Origin: Tetramitus jugosus
Lineage: Eukaryota; Protista; Heterolobosea
NCBI GenBank assembly: GCA_937625935.1
Contig: OW569347.1
Coordinates: 62,001 to 126,000, forward strand
DNA: 64,000 nt
Direction: 5' to 3'
The notes under the pieces were generated by a model. The model was given only the letters and a program-made list of their open reading frames with translations. It made no database searches and had not been told where the DNA came from. Made by a program: the position numbers and the translations under genes. Position 1 is the first letter of the stretch. Each line of letters opens with the position of its first letter. This document shows, piece after piece, positions 13,901 to 21,202 of this stretch.

Positions 13901-13976
13901 CATCTTCTGGTACTTTGACGGCATATTCACCGATATCAATTTCCAAATCTCTGGCATAGCTTGTTTCATTACCCAT
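1980..13976 (-). CDS. Giant 3998-aa single-exon protein: MGNETS N-terminus (myristoylation-like), Ser/Asn-rich region, very many degenerate IQ-like motifs (IQSxIR/LQAxIR), long internal repeats, C-terminal transmembrane helix
   Basis: Uninterrupted 12-kb ORF; recurrent [IVL]Q[SA]x[IVML]R motif; hydrophobic LTLILSAVIATLVFMVIFDW near the C-terminus. Function unknown. Confidence 0.75.
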   Translation of the reverse strand: MGNETSYARDLEIDIGEYAVKVPEDEIPLVMKFADDKRDDEQKEQARKAAENQEKVEEQQKLFLKKALALNNLSLMLNNNNNNNSNLHLGSSSKLLTSGRGLSSPRLFSRGGGGGDSNSSGSGTFRHFSFNSGNSRSNNNNNNSGGGGGGSRSRSNSFGQQQQPNDFTGNPISDRDSLSDSSSENSSSFSMTPTYSTHTSSVNGVSMSQQQQQPQTKQPFLPKLNISDMADRLNEADLEMNGSGTPRKTSRFLGSARNIASLITPRKSMKANVALSNNSRSRSHSTASHISDYYPNIVLEKTEDIQTMDFTDRSERDEMSSCGDEAPQIMRGGRELSSLFSSMSSSQTFTASPFLKTNLESSLQFTDAESVSSEGESDSDTSDDELESELESEIGTPVLTPNSHEVFSTPKRNRFSQVGNSPELSDRSSFTNDNDSSTNKRDSKLNRLSRRFVQSVRGLPGLAKVKKEKKSKSESKGKSSGQILFDKYFSLEKRETLIQYMNSLLTGRELQKARKLIRNEICAIDPNCDHARKMIQHEIRNGRIDNAMDIIHHHNYLRVPVPCEESEFEDALGNLSPNFIPSILSFRNFLAKQKKRQQMELAISNNKRALADYENDDFDNVAVVELIIKWIQVILHKHDPNSSLKISNILTLKELNYMYMIIDNHYRFPFPLSQAELEQNQAKLADQTQANCYIHTSLVISMSYKILKQLQTQRKEDIEKLQCTQSATATTTVVVYVADLFSNVTTVQAVIRRALCENGVSNFKRLSSHIIAKTQRQMSTNNFIQISPILSKAKQYFVAQSKKTSFRTCSILLRVNSSAVRTNELVDTLKLNACSMRCLVQQSHIHHSSQLRTIASSVRTRRVIADHVFPDDIRLLQAQVRVHEQRGDQILLIQRVMRGGKGVLEHADNFRRVICVESTIRTCLIDMRDIAWIRRMISIIQTLTKANEYKIGDMISPIQTTAASASVAVCETISFCTTVQSVLRGRCENLNFRSIQSLQATIRSTISKKNLVFLWIERAQDEIEDDFHLSFSASFRPIGLKQVAAQQSIVEQTHLLQATLKQKFERFMCPFTKVPLLNDQHSELTQYVIMLQSMMRSEERDIMDSMSRLQATLTSYGARKVSLARELLIAQSFLRTCLYLRSDMECTWLQSNIRRNTVRHIDQFGMLQHLIRGASKSIDEARTNCNKLIGAAIRVGLSRTSNTEVLRLQAVIRNDNTLCRFWHAKAVQSVFRVRSTDFFNIRHIQSVIRMKSLLALCGDSHKLLDELTYLNSVMIVQALVRRRSEDPAPISTIQAVIRKTRCFRSVSSVSVLQALVKPQFDPSTLSWLYASVKQSITPPFDTIQVDTLRQLIISRSQRYNRHTLDSFTIVLQSLIRSVILSYQQNYGTIHAIARMNTINSQGGLMEVSVLQSFMTLCTEQLTSAQFGCQLSSLQSVVRYKSQINSSDLSTQVGLIQAIFRRCPPNTLALILPTIQKSAQSQVILSKIRDIQDIFRSKSVPIGPCIMPYVTLESQIRTQGCRSEHLTSKVIVLESLLRSNPIYTQHLQDLVSVQSLIRLKSKQQGFDDTLSSMLRMYIDENNYYARSIEIDRLHSIVLSPSLLSFQEIDVIQANILRYFVETSKNSLGMIQHCIQLRSMVTQVEILQSSIRLFNILLHNSGRHSGMLMLQNIFRQDNHPIDESCTALEQMLPIESIMRSNTITPVISQLADGILPILSIMRKNNHDHNSDVLNASIRMKSTHNKEVESLSAIQILSAHHLSDYNLCSHMQRLHDTKLIQCHIRSLRQEIRTQEALVIESSIRSLPLLPFNSVLSLQSMIRLKLHPHVSLSTLIATIQLRLFRLEIVNSSVERIQSLIIACPSNNIRMVRAIQAVFVEKLVALSTGDLNLSPTQGLEHSREVRIIQGAFRARSFVSDHSHSYLITNLLTGLITRTNILTPSIHDKITGVLTIDSIVRSRAVELGHSTLSPHMLSIQSAARSQPARDVSCEKLCSVFRSLLSTHTDAWVGSLQSIIRSNICITQCCSEYANTVAIESMMHKNEVNNAFRLARIDLMRIESILHSDTLALDLSSSKMKHIQALMKRECRTTEIIRSQALVLNVIHRTAAAQHMLRCVAIVQSAVHSRICVVDYSSRRESVLALIDILGNDNPSTHQNLTMNTKVSAIASVIRTQSCALSHIKLIQSVIGMRMRQFSLYDVLRSVIRMCERKSEHLIVLTEQRQLSSLISMKLITPTNTQYLSDTQSLQSLARLSLVQSDYEMWNAFKLEHLGRALTNHLHSVHGLQPLFGVIRTCQTQSDLVSQHQRIDTLQAILRQNKFICSNRNLNIISRCTAIQATVRMRTATDTVCSFAHIPPILERYLINSRVKLICQLCTLKDDQTTSVSRLQSIMRGAVNASQYQEETLRTIQSTLQRDNYMNRFLPIQSQLQCHLLDMGSITQLQAAIREHALKQPLQRQTSIIQANSVRLAKCLMLGNVSKHLMAIQASRSTDPLTLNNTKQLSTIQNLTITNLEERKLHYSKDSLGVVESAIRTMSVHVTDPVRDTCCVQAMTRKENVLAKYFIQFRSDDYLLPLQSSIRSSLHVPCNHISVIQQVLRISTTDIRSSCYHDPSITMIQSMIRSAAEHSIHDMLTWSAELSALLMSSESPRVLNVCQIQAHLRNPQAEQSKINDQLALQSSIRAHSCVYTTKSIEALQSIFLQVHNRMDEDAITDIETIQAIMRSDTTYPTLDTVVYHLSQLREIIRSSNYEMMDASYRSLRNIHDQANCTLASSEMSQIQCAIECLAGLCRMSSHDTSLVVRTSALIRTGLQSSHPVEYHDCCEIQALLRSSCASNKVEHIGTQILTLQSRIRSSLHPPHNHTCSIQSAIRMSIVDVQLSGYHDPNITVIQSMIRSASGNSIHDMLTYLEMLSMLFLPSEPSRVLNVCQIQAHLRNQDRKLIESPSLFDRLQSSSRTRFCVYATKSIDTLQSKFFQVHNRMDEDEVTGIETIQAIMRSNATYLLMDTVADHMSKLQQVIPSSNQTTSSTYRAIQTIHDQTECTLAFSEMNQIQYAIECLEGLCRMSSLDTSLVVRTSALIRAGLLSSHLVEHQSCCTIQALVRSSCVINTIEHPESALLLCQQLLTLQAEIRSSLHVPCNHICVIQSALSMSITDVASSPTITMIQSMIRSASENSIRDKLTCFDRLSVLFMPSEPSRVLDICQIQSQLRNPQAEQSKINDQLAVQSSIRSHSYVCTTKSIETLQNKFSQMHNRIEDTILGIGLIQSLMAWLPIYQHTNYLSCQLSKLQQAIRSSTYEPASPYRAIRNIHDQTKCILSSSEMNQTRYAIECLEGLCQMKLHDTPPVDGIYALISMRLLSDHSAEYQGCCTVQALTHSSNVNNKVKHIGTQILTLQSTTHPSLQVPFDRAVGEIQSAIRMVHSNRHHDPNITMIQSVIRSASENSIHDMLTDLDKLSTLFLPSEPSGVLDICRIQAHLRYQAREQIESPRLYDQLVLQSSIRTRFCLYTTKSIDTLQSKFSQVHNRTDEDAITGIETIQAIMRSNALYIIEDAINGIRIIQSLIRSDSKYPSMDTVTDHLYNLQQVIHWPNCETVRNAYRSIRSIHDQTKCTLALNEMTQIQYAIEGLEGLCRMSSHDTSLVVRTSALFRAGLQSSHPVEYHDCCEIQALLRSSCASNKVEHIGTQILTLQSRIRSSLHPPHNHTCSIQSAIRMSIVDVQLSGYHDPNITVIQSMIRSASGNSIHDMLTWSAEQSKINDQLALQSSIRAHSCVYTTKSIEALQSIFLQVHNRMDEDAITDIETIQALLRSTIDNSSLSQSTTSAGHENKTDTSYESNSISISSTKTNRMLVSTLDLLSLHSLDYSRAVLPDATVASSVTSPEFGDSSEVISPSRVTDKDKCHDNDLANVCSIDAEVEEVIEPSELTVDSLSNAPSIESSSGTNIVQSPSLTPATISSSRRSCVSTILRMLTLILSAVIATLVFMVIFDWPNTHSHSYHHFKSS
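2575..6280 (-). repeat. About five diverged 0.8-0.9 kb tandem units inside the giant ORF (anchor HDPxITxIQSxIRSAxxxSIHDML)
   Basis: By eye, 2744-3105 matches 5267-5628 (362 bp, about 3 mismatches) and 2575-2739 matches 5830-5994 (165 bp, identical). Confidence 0.85.
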
Positions 13977-14229
13977 TATGGGAGAGATTGAACACTACTC
14001 GAGTGATGATGTGTGGTTGTTTGATTGGTTTGTTATGGAGGGTTGGTCGTTGGGGGTGGTTGGACTGTTGAATGGAATTGTGATTCTCTCTCCCTGTGGT
14101 AAGATCGTTTGTTTTTGGCACCCTATCAAACGTCTTTTGGGGTATTGTCCCGACTTCGGGATAATGGTGCGAAATCGTGTGTTCCAAGGAAAACCGCCAC
14201 TTGGTTATACAACAAGGGAATTTATTAGC

Positions 14230-17138
14230 TCACAACAGTTGAGCAAGAGCCTTTTTGAAAAATGATTTTGTAAAGATGTCGACTTCGGATGCACTGTTCT
14301 TGTCGTGCTTGATGGTGGCTTCAACTGCTCCCTTTGAATGAACCTTGGCCTGCACCAAGAAATAGCTTCCATCTGCGTGTTGGGCGAAAAAGAAAAATAC
14401 ATAGGGATCAGCCTTGGTGTTGGTGGCCAGACACTCAATTCCGTGATCCTTCATCACTTCCTCAACGGTTTCTGCGTCACAGTGTGAGCGAATTTGACTT
14501 GAGATTTGCTTGGAAGCTGTGGTTGTAGTCCATTTTGATTGGTAGCCAGATGGGTCCAATGGTTGAGGATTGGGAGAGAGAGACAATGCTGGTCGTGAAG
14601 CATCCATAGCAAACTCCAATAATTGCCCACTCTCTCGATCATAGCTTGCCAATAGGTTCTCCTCTTTTTCATCAGACTCCTCTTCATTCTCTTCCTCATA
14701 GTACTCATCGCCATTGTCATAGTGTCCTTGTTCGGGCAGATCTTCTTCTTCCTCTTCATCATCCTCTTCTTCGTCTTCTTCGCCTAAAACTCCATCCGAC
14801 TTGACAATGAAACGCTCAGATGGTTTACCAAATACAACAGAGAGTGTGTTGAATTCCGAAAAGAGCTTCTCCTTGAATTCTACGGAATCTTCCTCTGTAA
14901 AGTTCGATACAATTTGTTTCTTGGTCATAATCACTTCCCTTGCCAAATACACATTCGCATCCAACAATCTATAGTAAAACAGTGCTCGATCATGTACGTC
15001 AGCATGAGATGAGTCATCAACTGCCACGGCAAGCAATCGTCCAAGCATATCCTGCATCTCTGGTGGCCTCTTGAAGAACAATTTGACAGAAGATGACAAA
15101 ATTTCGAGACGTACACTCGAATGATAATTTTTGAAATCGTCAATAAACGTCTCTAAAATATAAGGTGCCAACTCAATGATATCTCCATATTCACCCAAAA
15201 TCCACAAGAAGGAACTGATTGACTTTGAATCATCAATCAACTTCCAATGCTTCGTGATGGCTGGCAGATAGGATCTACAGAAATCTTCATTATTATACTT
15301 TCTAAGAATGTCCTTGAGAACGATAAATGTTTCGGATAGTACATGCGCGAGACCAAGATCCAAGAAATCCAACAAATAAGTCAATGACATCTCAGCGGCA
15401 GAAGATATCGAAACAGCAATTTCGCCAAAAGCACTCACAGCCTTTCTGGAAGTAGAAAGTTCAGTATCACCCATAGAGACATAATAACTCAATTCTTCCA
15501 TAATTTCTCGCACATTGTGTTCATTGGCAACGACAGCCAACGTTTCTAACTTCAAATGCTTGAGATAGCCAGGCTCCAAGTGTCTATTGTCAATCACAGC
15601 AAAAGGAACCAATTGTGTTAAACAATATTCACGAACAAAATTAGTGGTTGAAAGTGAGGCAAATAATACTATACTTACTTGATAAAGAAGTCTCTGAAAT
15701 GAGGAGTGAATACCTTGGGTGCTCTCGAAGCCATTAGCTTAATATGGTGCAAAATAGTGTAGGAGAGCTCATGAGTCGAAGAACTCAACAACAATAGCAA
15801 TGGATCACGCAATCGAATAAAGACCTTGTTGTGCACCTTTGGCATATTTTTGGTGTAGTGCAAGAAGAGATTCGCAATTCCCATGATGACAGCACTGTTC
15901 GACATTTGCAATCGATCGTCCAACAAGTTCTATTGTAAAGCAGCAAATGTTAGAGAAATAAGGAACTCAAAGATATGCACATCACCTTAGAAACCATACA
16001 AAAACAACGTACCATCAAATCAAATACTTCATTGTTGCTCTGCGGTTGATACTTTAACAAGAGTTCCAACACTTCACATAATTGCCATTCTGTGTATTCG
16101 GACACACGATTCAACAAATAATAGGTCATCTTCTTCGTTACCTTAATTCCTTCTTCATCCTTCAGAATTTCATTCAACGCCTTGATGCAATTCACAATCA
16201 CTTGAACATCCTTGTCACGTATCATTGCATACAATCGCTCCACATACTTCTCATCTACACGCACAACAGCAACAACATTCAAACAAAAAACAATTATTTT
16301 CAATGTTCAAAACAACACGAATCAATGCGACAAGGGCAGTGCACACTGTCGACACAAAAACATACCTTCCACACTCTTTGGATCCATTCTATACAATTTC
16401 ACAATGGACAACACAGCAGTCTTTCTAACATAGGGACTACTATCGTTCAATCTCTCACGTATCAATGGCAACAAGTGCTCCACTAATTTTGGAATACGGA
16501 GAGAAGAAAGACTTCGGAGTGCCAATCCTCTGACCAATGGATTCTCATCACAACTGTCTCTCGATAGTGTGTTAATAGTGAGAATGGCAATATCTTGATT
16601 CTGATGAGCATAGTGAGTAATGTACTGGTAGACCATCTTTTTTTGAACAATGTCCTTTGTGTGAACGCACTGTCATTATCATCGTTATCATTGCGTCATG
16701 ACATGACAATTATCACGTCATGTTTGTTGTTGTTTCAATGAAAAAAAACAGTGTAAAAAACAACATGAAAGCAAAATTCTTCAGTGTTAACAACCACACC
16801 ACATGTGCATATTCACAACACTGCACACAATCTTGACAAGACAGCACAAAACAACACAACACACATACCATAATCATATTGTGAAAGAGCTTTGATGTAT
16901 CTAGTCCCATTGTCATGTAACCAATGACTCTCTGAAGAACTTCTCTTTTTTTGTTGTCATCACGGTCAATACTTGGATCAGACAACGCTGCTCTCAATTC
17001 ATTAATTTCACCCTTTTTTTCATTTGAAATTGGATAGGTTGTTTTTTGTTTGGTCGCACTGGAGACAACTGCCGCAGCAGATGTCACTCCCTCACCCACA
17101 GTGTTTGTGATGGATTTGATTCTACGCACTAAACTCAT
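14230..17138 (-). CDS. AP4B1: AP-4 adaptor complex beta subunit, 5 exons (17138-16869, 16669-16366, 16254-16013, 15929-15679, 15583-14230)
   Basis: Four GT-AG introns join in frame. Adaptin-N motifs VIGYMTMGLD, DENPLVRGLALRSL and YVRKTAV; beta4-type FFKRPPEMQDMLGRLL, DVHDRALFYYRLL and LFSEFNTLSVVFGKPS; short appendage. Confidence 0.88.
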
Positions 17139-17532
17139 TTGCTGTGTTTGTTTGTTTGTGCAAAGAACTGGAAACTTGTTTATCGGAGAAAAAAATTGCC
17201 TTTGTGAAAATGCTCCATCCACGTATGCCCTGCCCTGCACAGTGAAGTCCTAACGGAGGAATCTATCATCCAAGAATTCAGAGTTAACACCTCAAGACCC
17301 TGGATTTAAGCGACCCTGGTTATTCGACAAAGAAGAGCAACAATGATCTGGCCCCACAGGAATCAAGGATTGGAAGAGAAAGCAGAAGCTTCCCCCATAA
17401 ACTTTGGTGAACCACATTAAACTTGGTGTTGTCGGTGCTGGCTCTTGACATAGCAGTAGTGAGCTTCGGCTCGCTTCAAAGCCTCAAGGGAAATTACATT
17501 GGGAAGTCCGACAAAAACTGAAAAAATCAAAA

Positions 17533-18347
17533 ATGATCAAACAACCAGCAACACGACTCGCTCACTTACTATTACTCTTATTCATTGTGACGATTCTATC
17601 GAGTCTGGTCACATGTAACAACAGTAGTGGTGGTGTTACTATCAAAGCAAGAGTCATCGTTCCAAAATCAGAAATTGCACATGGTGTGAGAGTCATGTTG
17701 AATCATGCAGACACATTTTATGTGAACAAGGATGGATCATTTGAATTGTAAGTCAGTCTAAAATGAATTTGTCAACTTTGTTTTGACAGTCACAATTATT
17801 AATCCTATCATGATCACTTTTGTTGTTGTTGTTTTGCTTGCACACCTTTTTTTTCTCTCTCTTCACATGATCCCAATGACTGTCATTATCCTCCTCGACG
17901 CAACAACACAACAGAGCCAATCTATCACCTGGCATTCACATGATTGATGTCATTTCAACGCACTACATTTATCCACAGATCCGTATCGATGTTTCATCAA
18001 AGTCCAACAAGGCACGCGCATTCCGACTCGTACCAAGAGCTTCCAATCCAATGACGAGCGAAGATTTGACATACATGAGAGAACCTTTGAGTGTCAATCC
18101 ATTGATTCAAATTGTGCCACTGACCGAAGCCCAATACTTTGAAAAGAGAGAGCCGTTTAGTGTGTTGCCACTGTTGAAGAATCCAATGGTGCTCATGTTG
18201 ATTGTAGGTGTAGGAATGGCCTACATTTTCCCAAAGGTTGTCGATCCAGAAGCAATGAAGGAAGCACAGGCTACCTTGAGCAGTTCTGAGAGTGAATTCA
18301 AGAATTTGTTGGGTGGACTCAAGGGAGAACAACCACCAAGAAAATAA
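17533..18347 (+). CDS. EMC7: ER membrane protein complex subunit 7-like, 2 exons (17533-17747, 17915-18347)
   Basis: Signal peptide; intron GTAAGT...CAG at 17748-17914 gives DGSFELANLSPGIHMIDV...YPQIRIDVS; YFEKREPFS...LLKNPM followed by a TM helix. Confidence 0.85.
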
Positions 18348-18562
18348 ATCATTGTATCGCATCATCATCATATCTGTCATTCGCTAATGAATACACCTAT
18401 ATGGTTGTGCGGTTGTGTGCGACACTCCGCACAAGTTGAAATGGAAGGTATTCGTCGCGAGCTCTTACCTTTTCTGCTGCACCAGAAACCAGAAAAACAC
18501 CTGCACCTCCCTGTGAGTTAAAACAACTGAACCACAACAAAATCATCATCATCATCGTCATA

Positions 18563-19705
18563 ATGAACATTCCCCTATTCAAAAAAGGTTTACCATATGC
18601 ACCCAACAAGAATCAACTACAGACAGGCGAGTACCTCATTGTGTCCAAATCATTGGGCAAATGTCTCGATTCCAACACCTATGTGCCCAAGCAATATCAC
18701 AAGGATTATCTGAGGTGTTACTTGGCTGACATATCCTTTGCTGCCAGTCAAAAATGGGTCGTAGTCAACGCAAATGACACTACAGACAATGGAGAGCACA
18801 TTTATCTCATTTTCGCATGCAACAACATGTCGTTGGACGGATGTGATGATTCCAGTGTTCCTCAATATGATAAAACATCGCCCAGTCCCTTCTTGTCCGC
18901 TCATCAACTCGATACTCTGACGCAACAGTGGTTACTGGTGCAGCCGAGTCCCGATATGCTCGACAATGTGTTTTACATGTTTTGTCGAGCAACGAATCGA
19001 TTGGTGGATGCCAATGTAGATCGGGCCAAGCACATTGATACCAAGAACATGTCCCCGTACATGGGAGGCTACGGATATGTGCAGCATGTGCCTCAAGCAA
19101 ACAAGTGTTGGCAGTTTGTTCCTTGGCCCGCACAGTTCCTGGACCCTGTGATACCGAGTGGAAAGTTTATGATACGGAACGTTGCGAGTGGTCATTACAT
19201 TTGCTTGTCATCGAACGGCACACTGGAGATGAAGTTGCCAGATTTTGCAGGAGCGGCCGATACTGTATGGTTGTTCAGTTATGTGAGATCTCCCAATGAA
19301 TACTCGATTCAGATATGTGACAAGGTGTTTTTAGAAATGGAGCAGAGTGAGCACTTGAGTGTGCCCAAAGGTGGTAGTAGTAGTAGCGATAGAGTTCTGA
19401 AGCCCTGCTTGAGTCGCACATCGAGAAACAATAGTTTGAAGGATTTGTATCGATGGAAGATTCTCACAACCCACAACCACTCCAAGGACGCTTCGCTGTT
19501 TATTGTAAATGTCGAAACAAGCTTGTATCTGGATGGTTCTGCTCAGTTGGTTGACATTAAACTGGGAGAAGTCTTCCCTCCGTTCCTCGACACATTTGAA
19601 GCAACACACTCGGCAAGCAAAATGTGGCAAATGATGCCCGTAGAAAACACTGTGCAATCCCCCACTGAAGAATGGACCATTATTGACGATGAACCCAAGT
19701 TGTAA
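18563..19705 (+). CDS. Ricin-B/beta-trefoil (QxW repeat) lectin-like protein
   Basis: Six repeats of the form Y/FxIxx..LD....(Q)xW (QKWVV, QQWLL, KCWQF, TVWLF, YRWKI, KMWQM), consistent with two trefoils; no signal peptide. Confidence 0.6.
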   Translation: MNIPLFKKGLPYAPNKNQLQTGEYLIVSKSLGKCLDSNTYVPKQYHKDYLRCYLADISFAASQKWVVVNANDTTDNGEHIYLIFACNNMSLDGCDDSSVPQYDKTSPSPFLSAHQLDTLTQQWLLVQPSPDMLDNVFYMFCRATNRLVDANVDRAKHIDTKNMSPYMGGYGYVQHVPQANKCWQFVPWPAQFLDPVIPSGKFMIRNVASGHYICLSSNGTLEMKLPDFAGAADTVWLFSYVRSPNEYSIQICDKVFLEMEQSEHLSVPKGGSSSSDRVLKPCLSRTSRNNSLKDLYRWKILTTHNHSKDASLFIVNVETSLYLDGSAQLVDIKLGEVFPPFLDTFEATHSASKMWQMMPVENTVQSPTEEWTIIDDEPKL

Positions 19706-19893
19706 GTCATGTAAAGCGCCCCGAAATGATTGTTCATGAATTGTTGTAATACATTGATACATGATGCATGTGAATCCGCTCAATTCCCAAGGTTGTTCAA
19801 CAACACTTTCAGGTTGTAGATCTCTCATCAAGATGAACCATTGTCACCAAAACAATACAAAAATAAAATATTTTGGTTTGTTATGAGGTTTGA

Positions 19894-20985
19894 TTAACAT
19901 TTTACAATGTATTGTTTGTTGTCTGTGGGACTCGTTTCTTCTTTTGCAATGCCATTCTTGATGAGGTAACCTATCTGTGGTTTCGCTGGTTCATTGCCAG
20001 TTGTGGAGTTGGTTTTGATGAGTGAGCAGATGTCGGCCATCTTGTTCTGCAACTCTAGAGCAAAGTCATCTCTCAACCATCTTGTCTTTTGCTGCAGTAG
20101 GTTCTTTCCGTAGTGCACTGTAATTTTTTTGATATCCAAACCAATGTTGCCATTCGCATGAACAATAGACTTATCTCTGAATGCTAGGATGCAATGATGT
20201 GCGAGCAGCGAGTCATGTCCCTCTTCCTTTAACAATCGAAGGCAGTGCTCTGCAGGTATGTTGTCCAACTTCCATCCCTCGGCTTGCACCGTCAAGAAGA
20301 ACAATGAGCAATATTCGTCATATTTTGTCGGATCGATCAATCTCCAGTATTGATTCACTTGAATCACTGGCATCTGTTGCAACACATTGTGTATCTCTGC
20401 CTTGCTCGCCAGTAAATACTTCTCCAAGTCCTCTGAGCTAAAATATTGTGTCTTCTTGACATTCTTCCGTATAGTAGCTGCCTCTCCTCCATCCATATCT
20501 TCATCTTCTTCATAGTCTGCTTCATCGTCATCCGAGTGCTCAATCTCTTCATAGTCCAATCCACCAAAGAATGGAGACCTCGACAACAATCTCCGTATTT
20601 GAGATTCAAGTGTGGAATACATGGAACTACTTGGTTTCTCTGTAATTTCATAGATGCACGATACAGATGCTTGAATTTTGTTGCTTCGACTTGGATGACT
20701 CTTGTTTCTGAGGAGTACAGTGTTGGATGTGTCTACACTCACAACATTAAATGTGCGGTGATTGGTACAGAGTATCACGGGTTGATTCGGGTCATTGGCT
20801 GCCTTGATATAGAGATCAGTAATGTTTCCTGATTCAATCTCTGACAGCAAGTCATCTGGCAATTGAAATAATTTAAAATCGGCGTGGGAAAATTGGGAAG
20901 AGAATTGTAGTTGCTCCATCATTGGAGAGTTGGCTAACTCATGGTTATTGTTGTTGTTGTTGAATTGTTCTTCCGAACCTGTCAT
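19894..20985 (-). CDS. DCC1: Sister chromatid cohesion protein DCC1 (Ctf18-RFC accessory subunit); first in-frame ATG at 20985, C-terminus possibly incomplete or spliced
   Basis: FKLFQLPDDLL...LYIKA...VILCTNHRTFNVVSVDTSNTVLL and LASKAEI...QVNQYWRL match the Dcc1 family pattern. Confidence 0.8.
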   Translation of the reverse strand: MTGSEEQFNNNNNNHELANSPMMEQLQFSSQFSHADFKLFQLPDDLLSEIESGNITDLYIKAANDPNQPVILCTNHRTFNVVSVDTSNTVLLRNKSHPSRSNKIQASVSCIYEITEKPSSSMYSTLESQIRRLLSRSPFFGGLDYEEIEHSDDDEADYEEDEDMDGGEAATIRKNVKKTQYFSSEDLEKYLLASKAEIHNVLQQMPVIQVNQYWRLIDPTKYDEYCSLFFLTVQAEGWKLDNIPAEHCLRLLKEEGHDSLLAHHCILAFRDKSIVHANGNIGLDIKKITVHYGKNLLQQKTRWLRDDFALELQNKMADICSLIKTNSTTGNEPAKPQIGYLIKNGIAKEETSPTDNKQYIVKC

Positions 20986-21040
20986 CTCTTCTTCTAAATG
21001 TTGTTCGAATGATTTCTGGTTCGAGTTGGAGCTACCGGTA

Positions 21041-21063
21041 TTTTGGCGCCCACTTTTTGGCGG
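21041..21063. promoter_or_regulatory. Two E2F-like motifs (TTTTGGCGCC, TTTTTGGCGG) upstream of DCC1
   Basis: They match or nearly match TTTSSCGC and lie 56-78 bp upstream of the DCC1 ATG, in the DCC1/DDX54 divergent spacer. Confidence 0.45.
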
Positions 21064-21202
21064 TAGAACGTGCAATGGGTTTCCTGCTGATTTTTTCCGA
21101 TTTCACACAAATCATTGAACTTTCACATGTGAGAATTGTTGAACACGAACAGTTTGAAATCAACAACCAACAACCAACAACAACGAGACAAACAAACGAA
21201 AA

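Noticed and set aside
17239-17510. RNase P/MRP RNA (GAAGTCC ... TTGGGA)
   Set aside because: Only a partial P4-like pairing; the other conserved regions were not found.
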